64,000 nucleotides of DNA from an uncultured Gemmataceae bacterium (GTDB lineage: Bacteria; Planctomycetota; Planctomycetia; Gemmatales; Gemmataceae), in the NCBI GenBank assembly GCA_963750165.1, contig CAVVPN010000012.1:1088001-1152000 (forward strand), written 5' to 3'. Of this stretch, positions 8,629-19,100 are shown piece by piece. Every line of letters starts with the position of its first letter. The first letter of the stretch is position 1. A model generated the notes under the pieces. It searched no databases. It saw only the letters and a program-made list of their open reading frames with translations, and was not told the origin of the DNA. Position numbers and translations under genes: made by a program.

Positions 8629-10301
8629 CTAGGACAGCAAAGCCGGCTAGACAGCTAACCTGGGTTTGGGTTACGCTTTAGCGCCCCAACCCAGGAGCTT
8701 GCCATGGCCAGGAAGGCGCCCCGCCCCGAACCCACCTTCACCCAACACCTGGACGCCTTGTACCAGGACTGCCCCGCCTGCCACCGACGGATGTGGTCCG
8801 ACTACCGGAACGACCGCACCGTCGTCACCCTGCTGGGCCTGACACGGCTGGTGCTCCACATCCGCCGCTGCCACACCGCCGACTGCCCACGCCACCTGCA
8901 GCCCTACCGGCCCGAGGCCGAGGGCCGCCACGCCCTGCCCCAGCACGAGTTCGGCCTGGACGTCATCGCCCACCTCGGCGCCCTCCGCTACGCCGAGCAC
9001 CGCTCCGTCCCCGAGATCCACCAGCACCTGGTCGCCCGGGGCCTGGCCATCGCCGAGCGGACGGTCACCAACCTCCTGGAGCGCTACGACGAACTGCTGG
9101 CCGTCACCCTGACCGACGCCGGCCGCCTGCGCGGGTTGCTGGCCGCGCAGGGCCGCGTCATCCTGGCCATCGACGGCCTGCAGCCCGACGTCGGCCACGA
9201 GGTGCTCTGGGTGTTGCGCGACTGCCTCTCCGGCACCGTCCTGCTGGCCCGCAGCCTGTTGTCCAGCCGGCAGCAGGACCTGGCCGAACTCATCGGCCAG
9301 GTGCGCGACGGCCTGGCGGTGCCGATCACCGGGGTGGTCTCCGACGGCCAGCACTCCATCCGCAAGGCCGTGGCCGAAGCCTTGCCCGGCGTGCCGCACC
9401 AACTCTGCCACTTCCACTACCTCCGCGAAGCCGCCCGGCCCATCTACGAGGCCGACCGCCACGCCAAGAAGGAACTCAAGAAGCGCGTCCGCGGCGTGCG
9501 GCCCCTCGAGCGCCAGGTGGAGGGCCGCACCGACCCCGAGGCCCAGGCCATCCAGGGGTACTGCGACGCGGTCCGCAGTGCCGTGACCGACGACGGCCGG
9601 CCGCCCCTGGAAGCGTCCGGGCTGAAACTCCACGACCGCCTGAGCGCCGTGGTGGCCAGCCTGGACGGGGTGGCCGAAAAAAGGGGCTCCCGAAAGAACT
9701 CGTCCGGCTGAGGCTGCTGCTCGTGGCGGCGTTGGCGGCCACGGCGCCGCTGTGGCCCCCGGTGCGCGTGGCCTTCGCCTGGGTCTGGCAGGCGGCGCAC
9801 CTGCTGGGCGAACACGGCCCCGGGGTGGCCCCAGCCGTGCGGCAGCGCCTGGGTGGTCTGCTCGGGGCGATGACCCGCCACCGCGGGCTGGTCGGGGCGC
9901 TGGCGAGCGGGGTCGAGCACTTCGTGAAGGTCACCCGGAGCTACTGGCCGGGGCTGTTCCACTGCTACGCCGTCGCGGACCTACCGCGGACGAACAACGA
10001 CCTGGAGCAGTTCTTCGGCAGCCATCGCTACCACGAGCGCCGGGCCAGCGGCCGCACGGGGGCGTCCCCGAGTCTGGTGCTCCGTGGGGAGGCCCGCGTG
10101 TTGGCGGCCGCGGCGACCCGGCAGCACGTCTACACAGCGGAAGAGTTGGCGGAGGCAGACCCGGTCAGGCAGGCGGAACTCCGCCAACACCTGGAGTCCC
10201 GCCGCCGCCGCCGAGTCAACCGCACACGGTTCCGTCGCAATCCCCGGGCGTTCCTCCAACAGTTGGAGGAAAAACTGCTCCAGCCGGCTTTGCTGTCCTA
10301 G
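8629..10301 (+). mobile_element. ISNCY-like (MULE-fold DDE) insertion sequence nested in ISL3
   Basis: 20-bp IRs ctaggacagcaaagccggct / agccggctttgctgtcctag; flanked by T7 and T8 runs. Confidence 0.85.
8704..10301 (+). CDS. DDE transposase in two frames (probable -1 frameshift at GAAAAAAGGGG near 9677-9687)
   Basis: CxxC...C zinc motif, IDGLQP, VVSDG, HQLCHFH; second frame ...PRTNNDLEQFFG; stop lies in the right IR. Confidence 0.85.
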
Positions 10302-11077
10302 TTTTTTTTCCGCTCCTGGTCCACGACCTCGTTGAACTTCTTGGCGACGTGGAAGCGGTCGATGACCGCCTGGGCGTTGGGCAGCAAGCCCCGACAAGCG
10401 GCGTGGAACGCCGGCCCCATGTCGGCCCGGTAGGTATGCACCTGCAGGCGCTGCGCCGCGGACAACTTCTCCAGGCACTGCTGCGCCGCCGCCGCGTCAC
10501 GGCCTGCGGTCACCGCCAGCACTTCGGGCCGGTCGGGGTTGGTCAGGTCGGTCAGGATCGTCACGTAGAGCTTGTGCCGCTTCTTCAGGCTCAACTCGTC
10601 AATGCCCACGTCCTGGATCACGCGCTGGGGGTCGATCGTCTTGGCCTGGGTGTCGGCCAACTGGTTGCGGACGATCAGGCCGACCGTCTCCGCCGAGATG
10701 CCCAGGCGGCGGGCCACCTCCTCCTCGTTACTGCCGATCAGCGCCCGCAAGACGTGCTGCTCGAAGCGGTAGGTGTAGCTCGTGTCCCGGCGCTTGAAGG
10801 GCGGGATCAGGTGTTGTCGGTGATGGCAGTGGGGGCAGCGGTGGAAAACCGGTTGGTAGATCCAGAAGCTCGGTTGGCCCCAGAGTTCCAGGTCGCGGAC
10901 GACTTGCACCGTCTCCTTGAACTCCAGGTGCGCGTCCTCCTCGCGGCGGCAGCGGTCGCAGCGACAGCGGTTGGGCAAGGGCCAGGAGACTTCAAAGCCG
11001 TGGCCGTCGCCGTGGCGCTCGTAAGCCACGATGGTGACGCCTTCCGGGAGATCCACGTCGATAGTGATGGTGGCCAT
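10298..11077 (-). pseudogene. ISL3 transposase, 5' part
   Basis: CxxC zinc finger, GIDE, DMGPAF, IDRFHV motifs; truncated at the A-run by the nested IS. Confidence 0.9.
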
Positions 11078-11241
11078 GACCGTCCCTGACGAGCAAGCAT
11101 CGAGAACCCCAGGGCCGGCCGACGCACGGCACCTATCCAGAAATGTAAGCCCCGCACGCCGCCCAGAAAAGGCTCAAAAATCCAGGCACTCGCACTTTAC
11201 CCCGGAAGAACCCTTTCTTCGGGACGAAGAAGGATTCTTCC

Positions 11242-11363
11242 GGCTCTTCCGTTTTTAGGTGCGAAACACTGGATTTTCGGTGAACGGACGATCACGTGCC
11301 CCACGATTTTTCCAGGAAAATTGAGAATCGGGCCGATAACCCGCACCTAAAAACGGAAGAGCC
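11242..11363. mobile_element. 122-bp ISL3-derived MITE
   Basis: Perfect 22-bp IRs ggctcttccgtttttaggtgcg / cgcacctaaaaacggaagagcc matching the ISL3 end; no ORF. Confidence 0.88.
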
Positions 11364-11473
11364 GAAGAAAGCATGTCCTCTTCGTCAACGACGGTGGAGC
11401 GAATTTCCAGCTGCGACACTAGCTCGCCCAGGAAGAACTTGCACCATTACAGGGGGTAGATTATTTTCCCCAG

Positions 11474-12061
11474 ATGACACAGCCGCCAGAGCCTCTCCCC
11501 GATCCACAGCCCACGGCCCGCGACCTTCAAAACGCCCGCAGCCGTCAGGTAATCGCCGAGCGTCAGCAGCAGGAATATGATCGCGTGGTGCTCTGGGCGA
11601 TGGGGAAGTTCGGGGCCGGCTGGCTCCCGAGCGGGCGGCACTTTTTGTTGGATCACGAAGAAGAAGTCCGTTGCCGCCGGACGGGTGAACGTCCCGTTGC
11701 CGCCGCCACGGTATTCACGGTCAGGAACGGCGAAGGCCAGAAACGGCATTTTACAGTGAAGGACGGCCAGGTGACGGAATGCTCCGGCTATGAAGAGGGC
11801 TTCGGGCCGATGCTGCTGGAACGCCACCCAACGATGACCATCGAGGTCCGTGGGGAGAAAGTTCACCCGCACCGCTACTCGTTGTGTTGGGCGCCGATTG
11901 AAACGTACCAGCCGAGATCCGCCGAGCAACTCGCCGCGGCGAGGAGCACGCGGGAACGGAACAAGGCCGCGCGAGAGCAGCAAAAGTACGAACGGGAATA
12001 CCCCCTCTTTGCCGAGATTGAGCGGCAGGAAGAGGCAGAGCGGTCATCCGTCACCCGGTAG
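11474..12061 (+). CDS. Hypothetical protein
   Basis: 195-aa ORF with plausible composition; no family recognised. Confidence 0.6.
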   Translation: MTQPPEPLPDPQPTARDLQNARSRQVIAERQQQEYDRVVLWAMGKFGAGWLPSGRHFLLDHEEEVRCRRTGERPVAAATVFTVRNGEGQKRHFTVKDGQVTECSGYEEGFGPMLLERHPTMTIEVRGEKVHPHRYSLCWAPIETYQPRSAEQLAAARSTRERNKAAREQQKYEREYPLFAEIERQEEAERSSVTR

Positions 12062-12089
12062 GACGGCATCATCGTGGCCAGTCTGCGAA

Positions 12090-12204
12090 GCGCAATCAGG
12101 CAGATCAGCGTCTGGCTAAAAACCTGGCAGAGGGTCTGTAGCTGGATAATGTCGATCCGCCGGTCGCCGCGCTCAACCCCGCTTACAAACGACTGTGACA
12201 GCCC
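12090..12204 (-). pseudogene. XRE-family HTH fragment
   Basis: GLSQSFVSGVERGDRRIDIIQLQTLCQVF directly after the recombinase stop; no start codon. Confidence 0.65.
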
Positions 12205-13176
12205 CTAGAACAACTCCTCGACCGCCCTCTCCTTCTGCTCGTCCGAAGGCTTGACGTAACGCCAGATGTAATTGCTGCTGCTGTGGCCGGACAGCTCCAT
12301 CGCGAACTGAACGCCCTTCTTCTCCGCCGCCCGCCGGAGCATCGTGTGCCGCAGCACGTGGGCGGACAGGTGGATCTTCTGGTCCGCCGGAAGATGTGCG
12401 TTGGCCTGGTTGGCCAGCGCCTTCAGGGCATCGTCCACGTTGGAGCGGCGCAGCCGTTTGCCCGACCGCGACAGAAAGAGCGGCCCGGCTTCCTTGCCCC
12501 TCGTCTCGTCGATGTAACGGTCGAGTGCCTCCCTGGCTTCACCAGCCAGGAACACTTTGGCGGACACCTTCCTGCCTTTCCTCCTGACATCCACAAAATG
12601 CTTGCCCCGGTACTGGGCCAGGTCGAGGCCCAGCAGTTCCGACACGCGCAACCCCGTCTAGAGGAGGAGCAGGAACACCGCGTAATCCCGAAGCGCGTGC
12701 TGGTTCTTGGCCGTCTTCAGGCAGAGCAGTTGCTCGGCCGCTGAGCGGAGCCGGGTGACCTCCAGGTCGGAAAGGCCCTTCCAGGAGGGCTCGTCAATTT
12801 GCACGTCGGCGATACGGTCGGTCGGGTTGCCGGCAAGGAACGGCCGCTGACGGTGAACCCAGGTGGCCGCGTGGCGCAGAGTGGCGAGCGCCCGGTTGAC
12901 GGTGGTGGGCTTCTTTTCCGCGCGGTCAAGGGCCTTGAGGTAGCCGGCGGTGAGCGACCGGGTCCACTGGTCGGGGTGGTCGCTTCCCGACGTTTGGGTG
13001 AAGTACCCGAGGAAGGCTTCGAGGTCGCGTTGCTTCGCCCGGAACGTGTTCGGCGAGCCGGCGGCCGCTTCGACGGTCATGTACACCTCCAGCCAGGCGG
13101 TGAGGCTGTGACGCCGGTCGTGCGGCAGCAGCGAACTGGTCAGGGCGGGAACGGTCGTCAAGGCGCCGCGGCTCAT
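12205..13176 (-). pseudogene. Tyrosine recombinase (XerC/D-like) with an in-frame TAG at 12658-12660
   Basis: LLL*TGLRVSE, HVLRH, SGH, WRY catalytic motifs; both ORF pieces in the same frame. Confidence 0.88.
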
Positions 13177-13565
13177 CCGGGCTTCCTTATCAGATGAACT
13201 TTGATGCCGAGATCCACCTTGGTCCAGTCCTGATCGGCAGTGAGTACCGCCGTGCTGGCCAGCGCGGCCGTCGCCAGGCAGGCACGGTCGGCGAAGGAGA
13301 AATCGTGGGGGCGGGTTGCAGGCCGGAAAGAGGCGGCAGCCAGCGCGCGCGCCTCATCGAACGGCACGATGGTCAGGCGGAGGCCGTTCAGTGCGTGCTT
13401 GATCGTTTCAAACGGCACATTCCGGTCGAGTGATTTGGCAATGGCCTCGGAGAAAGAGACGGCGGACACCAACCCAGCCTGCCCACGGGCCTGGACCGTG
13501 TCGGCCCCCTTCTCGGCGAACAGGAGCGCGAGCAACGCCGACGTGTCCAGAACGAGTTTACTCAC
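13173..13565 (-). CDS. vapC: VapC-like PIN-domain toxin
   Basis: VLDTSALLA...SE...SFADRACLA...LTAD PIN motifs. Confidence 0.9.
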   Translation of the reverse strand: MSKLVLDTSALLALLFAEKGADTVQARGQAGLVSAVSFSEAIAKSLDRNVPFETIKHALNGLRLTIVPFDEARALAAASFRPATRPHDFSFADRACLATAALASTAVLTADQDWTKVDLGIKVHLIRKPG

Positions 13566-13848
13566 CGGCCGGCCATTTGCGTGATTCCTTCTGAGCCTCT
13601 TTACGCCGCTCCTGGATCAACTCATCCACGACGCTGACCCCCGGAACGCGGTAAGGAGCGAAGGCTTCCTGAGCCGCCCGCACGGCCTGGGCGAAGGTTT
13701 GCAAGTGGATACCCTGGGCATCGGCCGAGATGATGAGGTCGGAGCCTGGCTCGATTCCAAGCTTCTGGCGAAGGTTGGCCGGGACCATGACGCGGCCAGC
13801 GGGATCGACACGGACACGGAGGTATTCTGGTTCCTGGTGAGTGGGCAT
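13558..13848 (-). CDS. vapB: AbrB/MazE-type antitoxin
   Basis: VDPAGRVMVPANLRQKLGIEPG; SVVDELIQERR; overlaps the PIN gene. Confidence 0.88.
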   Translation of the reverse strand: MPTHQEPEYLRVRVDPAGRVMVPANLRQKLGIEPGSDLIISADAQGIHLQTFAQAVRAAQEAFAPYRVPGVSVVDELIQERRKEAQKESRKWPAGE

Positions 13849-14053
13849 GACGACTCAAACACTCTGTGTAATGGCTTATCTGGCAATCTTGCCAGAATCC
13901 GAACAAGCTGTCAACGATCAGAGAATTGGGACTCAGAAGTGACCTGGCAGCCGGAGCGATTCCACCCGATTCACCCCGGATTCATCTTATGTCCTGCAAG
14001 ATTTTCGGTTTTGGTGAATTGACTTCCTGACACTTCCTTAAACTGGAATCATG

Positions 14054-14087
14054 GTTGCAGGACGTAAGGTACATTATGACCTGCAAC
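14054..14087. promoter_or_regulatory. dif-like tyrosine recombinase core site (14-6-14)
   Basis: gttgcaggacgtaa-ggtaca-ttatgacctgcaac; extra arm copy ttatgtcctgcaa at 13987-13999. Confidence 0.7.
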
Positions 14088-14340
14088 TGAGAGATCACAC
14101 ATGGAGACGGCAGCGCAATTGAACCACTAACAGAAATAAGAGATCAACAGAGGTTGTTACTCGTTTATAGCAAGATTTCTTGTAAACATGATTACTTGGC
14201 AACTTGCTTGCAAACATTTGGAGATAAGCGTCAGGGAAATGGCAAAGCACCCGTGGTTGACCGACCTTCCTGCCTTGTGAACCTCCCCACGAATGGTGGA
14301 CACCCAGTTAAGAGTGTAAACTCTCCTGAGGAGGTCCATC

Positions 14341-14637
14341 ATGGCCAGAACCCGACGTACCTACACCCCGGAGTTCAAGCTCGAGGCCGTCAAGCTCGTC
14401 ACTGAGCAGGGCTACTCCGTCGCCGAGGCCGCACGCTCCCTCGGCATCCACGAGACCCTGCTCCGCTCCTGGAAGCAGGCGCTGGAGGCCAAGGGCGGCC
14501 AGGCCTTCCCCGGCCAGGGCAAGCTCTCCCCCTTCGAGGAAGAGAACCGCCGCCTCCGGGCCGAGAACCAGCGGCTCCTGGCGGAGCGCGACATCCTAAA
14601 AAAAGCGACGGCGTTCTTCGCCAGGGAGGCGACATGA
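14341..14637 (+). CDS. IS3 transposase OrfA
   Basis: RRTYTPEFKLEAVKLV HTH; ERDILKKA with an A7G slippery site. Confidence 0.93.
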   Translation: MARTRRTYTPEFKLEAVKLVTEQGYSVAEAARSLGIHETLLRSWKQALEAKGGQAFPGQGKLSPFEEENRRLRAENQRLLAERDILKKATAFFAREAT

Positions 14638-15488
14638 CCTTCCGCTTCATCGAGGAACACCGCGGCCAGTGGCCCGTGCGCCTGCTCTGCGAAACCCTGG
14701 AGGTCTCGACCGCCGGCTACTACGCCTGGCGCGACCGCCCCGCCAGCGACCGCGCCCGGCGCCGCGACACCCTCCTCGTGGAAATCCGCGCCATCCACGC
14801 CGAGGTCAAGGCCCGCTACGGCAGCCCGCGCATCCACGCCGAGCTGGTCGCCCGGGGCCAGGACTGCTGCGTCAACACCGTGGCCCGGCTCATGCACGAC
14901 CACGACCTCCGGGCCAAGACGGCCCGCAAGTTCCGCTGCACGACCGACTCCAACCACGACCTGCCCGTGGCCGCGAACCTCCTGGATCGGCAGTTCAACC
15001 CCGCCGCGGCCAACGAGGCGTGGGTGGCGGACATCACCTACATCCCGACCCGGGAGGGTTGGCTGTACCTGGCTGTCGTCGAGGACCTGTACTCGCGGCG
15101 GGTGGTGGGCTGGTCGATGGCCGACCACCTGGAGAGCCGGCTGGTCGTCGATGCCCTGGAGCTGGCGGTGCAGCGCCGGCTGCCGGGGGAGGGGTTGCTG
15201 GCCCACTCCGACCGGGGCAGCCAGTACGCCAGCGACCACTACCAACGCCTCCTGGGCAAGCACGGCATCACCTGCAGCATGAGCCGCCGGGCCGACTGCT
15301 GGGACAATGCCCCGATGGAGAGCTTCTTCGCCTCCTTGAAGAAGGAACTGGTGCACGACGCCGACTTCGCCACCCGGGCGGAGGCGCGGGCGGCGCTCGT
15401 CGAGTACATCGAGGTCTTCTACAACAGCCAGCGCCGGCACTCGTCGCTGGGGTACGTGTCCCCGGCCGAGTATGAACAGTCCGAATAA
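14634..15488 (+). CDS. IS3 transposase OrfB (integrase core)
   Basis: WVADITY, HSDRGSQY, DNAPMESFF DDE motifs. Confidence 0.95.
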   Translation: MTFRFIEEHRGQWPVRLLCETLEVSTAGYYAWRDRPASDRARRRDTLLVEIRAIHAEVKARYGSPRIHAELVARGQDCCVNTVARLMHDHDLRAKTARKFRCTTDSNHDLPVAANLLDRQFNPAAANEAWVADITYIPTREGWLYLAVVEDLYSRRVVGWSMADHLESRLVVDALELAVQRRLPGEGLLAHSDRGSQYASDHYQRLLGKHGITCSMSRRADCWDNAPMESFFASLKKELVHDADFATRAEARAALVEYIEVFYNSQRRHSSLGYVSPAEYEQSE

Positions 15489-15527
15489 CCGTTAACCCCG
15501 TGTCCACTTTTCGTGGGGAACTCCACA

Positions 15528-17961
15528 GACGGTGCGTGTCACCTTCTCGAAGGCGATTGACACAACAACAGTTACTGCCACCAACTTTGAACTCCTCGAC
15601 GCGAATAACAACGTCGTCGCAGCAAGCAACATTCAGGTGCAAGACAGCGACCGCCTCGTGCAACTGACGTTCCCGTTGCTGCTAGCCGGAAGTTACCAAC
15701 TCGTGATTAACGGGGCGGCGGTCACCGACCGTGTTGGACATCCGCTCAGCACGGGCAACGTCACCGACTCCTTTACCCTGACGCCGCGCGAGACGCTGAC
15801 GGTCAGCAACCCCGACGCCGACACCACCACGCCGGGCTTACAGTTGTACGAGGGCGTGACGGTTCAGGGCAGCGTCACGGTGGTCACGGGCGTGTCCGTC
15901 CAGGAAGTGGATGTTCTCCTCAACGGCCAGGTGATCGCCACCGGCACGACATCGCCGCTCAACTACTCGTTCATCGCGCCGCTGCTCAGTGCGGGGGCCA
16001 GCAGTTTCACGCTCCAGGCGCGTGTCATTGACAACAGCGGGGTCACCACTATGTCCGGCGTGCTCACCGTCGGGCTGCTGAGAGACTTGACGCCGCCCAC
16101 GATCGTCAGCACTTCCCCCGCGAACGGCGGAACGGCCAATCAAGGACTGCAAACGATGACGATCAACTTCAGCGAGCCACTCGCCACGGCGAGCGGTGCG
16201 GCGGCAAACTTCCAGCTTGCCAAGGCAGACTCAAACGGCCTCTTCGGCAGCGGGCACGAAACGCTCGTGACGATCACGAACATCCAAATCCTGAGCGACA
16301 GCACGCAGGTGGTGTTGACGATGGCCGGGCTGGCGGTGGGAACCTACCAGCTGCGGCTCAACGAAGCCAGCATCACCGACCGGGCGGGTAACCCGCTCGG
16401 CACTGGGACGTTCGCCAGCAACTTCTCGGTTGTGGCGCGAGTGCTTCAAAATGGAAGTTTCGAGACGGGTGACTACACAGGTTGGACCCTACTCGAAAGT
16501 CCATCGCTACCAACCTATGGGACGTGGGGGATCGCATCGAACGGTCAAGTCATCACCTATGGCGAATCCACGTTTGATTACTTCGATCGCATTTTTGTCA
16601 CGCAAACTTCACCCGGCCTACCCAGAACTTACCATGCGACGGATGGAAACTTCCTTGCCTACCAACTGCAGAACGGCTCGCAACTTCACCGGATGTACCA
16701 GGATGTCACCCTGCCCGCTAATGCCACGACTCTGACGTGGGATATGCTGTACCAGAACTTTTACGGAATTTTCGACCCAAATTCCCAGTTCCTCACCGTG
16801 GACGTTCGTGACCTCTCCGACAACATTCGGAAGACTTTGTTCGTCACCACTCAAGGTGTCAACTCGCAAAGCATTCCAATGACGAGTTTTACGGGGGACA
16901 TTTCCGCATTCGCGGGGACTACGGTTCGGATCGACATCGAGATGAACGTGCAGGACTTCTACTTCGATGCCGCCTTCGATAATTTCGTGGTTCATACCGG
17001 CCAACCTCAGTTTCTCTCGGGAAACCCGAAACAGCCCAGTTCGGATACGCCCAACCTGACCCAAGCCCAGTTGCAACCGATCATCGCCACAGCCATCGCG
17101 GACTTGGCGGCCGCGGGCTACAATGTCAAGAGTTTGAGCCATGTGGTTTTTCAGTTGACCAACTTGCCGAATTCTCTCCTGGGCTTGACTTACCAGAACA
17201 CGATCTGGATCGACCAGAGCGCCCAGGGCTACGGCTGGTACACCGACGTCTCCGCTGCTTCCCAGGCGGCCTTCACGAAGCCCACCGGCCCCAACGAGAT
17301 GCAGGCTCTGCCGGGCAGCCCGGCGTACGGCCACGTCGATCTGCTCACCGTGGTCACGCACGAACTGGGGCACGTGCTCGGCTACGCCAGCATCGACGCG
17401 AGCATCCTGGACCACGACTGGATGACCGCCACCCTCGGGACCGGCGTGCGGCGTGCCCCTGACCTGGCCGCGCCGTCGGCACCGCCCATCACCTCCACAG
17501 CGGACGTGGTTCCGACAAATGCCGGTGGGGACATCCAACCCGTTCCCACGGGGGCCGCGTTGCCGGTGCCGCCAGCTCTCCCGGATGCGCCCGAACAACT
17601 CGCTCAGCAGGCCCCGCTCCCGGGGTCGAGTCCATCAAAGATCGCCCCGGCAACGCCTCCTGCATCGCTCGCTACGGTCGCCGGTGGCTTGACCGCAGTT
17701 GTTCCCGATGCCTTCGTCAGCACCTTCCTCGAAGAACAACGGCCGATCCTCAATCCGGGCGGCGGTCCTGTTCTGGCCGCCGCTTCCCCTGCGACGGGCC
17801 AGGCCGTGACCTTGCTGAACCCGGCCGCCCTGAAACCACAGCAGATCGACTGGCGGGACACCCCGGTCGGTGTCGAAAGAGAACGGCGACCCTCAGATCC
17901 CGATCCCGCATCCCTGGATCAGGTTTTCTCCACGGGGGAATGGCTCATCGAAGTGGTTTAA
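15528..17961 (+). pseudogene. 5'-truncated large extracellular protein (Ig-like domains, HExxH matrixin-like region)
   Basis: Reading frame begins mid-domain at the IS3 end; VTFSKAID/INFSEPL...DRAGNPL Ig-like repeats; DLLTVVTHELGHVLG. Confidence 0.8.
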
Positions 17962-18060
17962 CCACGGAATGGCGAGCGGGCCAACGCTGCTGACCCGCTC
18001 GCCTCAACCCATTATTCTCGTCCCCGTGGTCATGCTTGTCGAGGTGGTCGCGGATACTAG

Positions 18061-18170
18061 CAGGGCTGTTTTCTGTTTCACACTGGGCAAATGGAGTAGG
18101 CGACTTCTTGTCGTAAGTCCTGAATCGTTGGTGCGTCGCCTTACCCAGCTTGAAACAACGAACGGCCCTG
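18061..18170. mobile_element. 110-bp ISAs1-type MITE with 10-bp target duplication
   Basis: Ends CAGGGC.../...GCCCTG; cggatactag at 18051-18060 and 18171-18180; whole element folds into a long hairpin. Confidence 0.85.
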
Positions 18171-18609
18171 CGGATACTAGCCAGCTTGACTCCGGTAGCA
18201 TTGCGTGCTCCGGTCATGTGGATCGAGGAGACTCAGATTCCGCAACTTGACAGGGGCAGGAAAAGGCAGGAAACTCCGTGAAAAATGGACACTCTAGCAC
18301 CATGGGTGACCGAATTGGCGTCCGAGCCGGATAAGTCATGTGCTGACAAGCACTTTCGACTGCAACTACTGCGATAGCGAACCATCCGATCAATGTTGCT
18401 GAACGGGGCGCACGAGACCGCTGATGCAAATGACAACAACGAAGGGCTTTACGGCGCCGCCGACCGCATTTTGCTCACCTCTGGTGCTAGAGTGTCGAAA
18501 AATGTGTGATTTGGACTTGCGCCAGGGCCAACTTCCTGTAAAATATGAGAAGTGTGTGATTTGTAAGCCGTGAAATGCCTTGCTCTTGCGATTTCCAGTC
18601 CTGCTACCG

Positions 18610-18658
18610 CCTGAATGGGGCTCAGGAGGTCGGAGGTTCGAATCCTCTCGGCCCGACC
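18610..18658 (+). tRNA. tRNA-Pro(GGG) 3' fragment (att-site remnant, not a full gene)
   Basis: Anticodon arm cctga-atggggc-tcagg, T arm ggaggttcgaatcctct, acceptor 3' strand; no D arm or 5' acceptor upstream. Confidence 0.85.
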
Positions 18659-18664
18659 TTGCAA

Positions 18665-18701
18665 GCCTCGCTGTAACAACGAGTTACAGCGAGGCTTTTT
18701 A
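18665..18701 (+). terminator. Hairpin plus T-run after the tRNA fragment
   Basis: gcctcgctgtaac-aacga-gttacagcgaggc-ttttt. Confidence 0.7.
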
Positions 18702-19026
18702 TGGAAACGTCGGCCTGCCTGGCGGAGGGCAGGGAATGCTTTTCCAGGACGCTCGGTGCGTACGCTGGAATGTCCCGCGGCTGTTGCCTCAGCCTCGGGC
18801 GTCAAGTGGACCTTCTGACTCACCCTCTGTTTTCCGCGAACAGAGTCAGGAGCTGCACTTTCCGAGAAAAGCTAACACGGAAGGCGAAAACCCTGAAAAA
18901 CACTGGGATTCTGAAAAACGGGAGGCCAGGCATCAACAGTCGTTGATGGGTTGTAAGTGACTGACCACAAACAGGTTGCCGCCGCTTGTTAGGTTTTCTT
19001 GGAAAGTGCAGTCAGGAGGTCAGCCC

Positions 19027-19100
19027 GTGCGTACTCCCACCAAGCCCTGGTATCGCGCGTCGAAGGACGCTTGGTACGTCGAGTTTAACGGCAAGACGGA
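19027..19100 (+). pseudogene. N-terminal stub of a phage-type integrase
   Basis: AGGAGG RBS then VRTPTKPWYRASKDAWYVEFNGK, like the arm-binding N-termini of planctomycete integrases; similarity then stops. Confidence 0.6.

Larger units (their letters stand above)
7950..11212 (-). mobile_element. ISL3-family insertion sequence, interrupted by a nested IS and a MITE
   Basis: Ends ggttcttccg / cggaagaacc; transposase split into 10298-11077 and ~8086-8628. Confidence 0.9.
14276..15527 (+). mobile_element. IS3-family insertion sequence
   Basis: IRs tgtgaacctccccacgaatggtggacac / gtgtccacttttcgtggggaactccaca; orfA/orfB; no target duplication seen. Confidence 0.93.

Noticed and set aside
18610..18658. 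Functional tRNA-Pro gene
   Set aside because: 5' acceptor strand and D arm are missing
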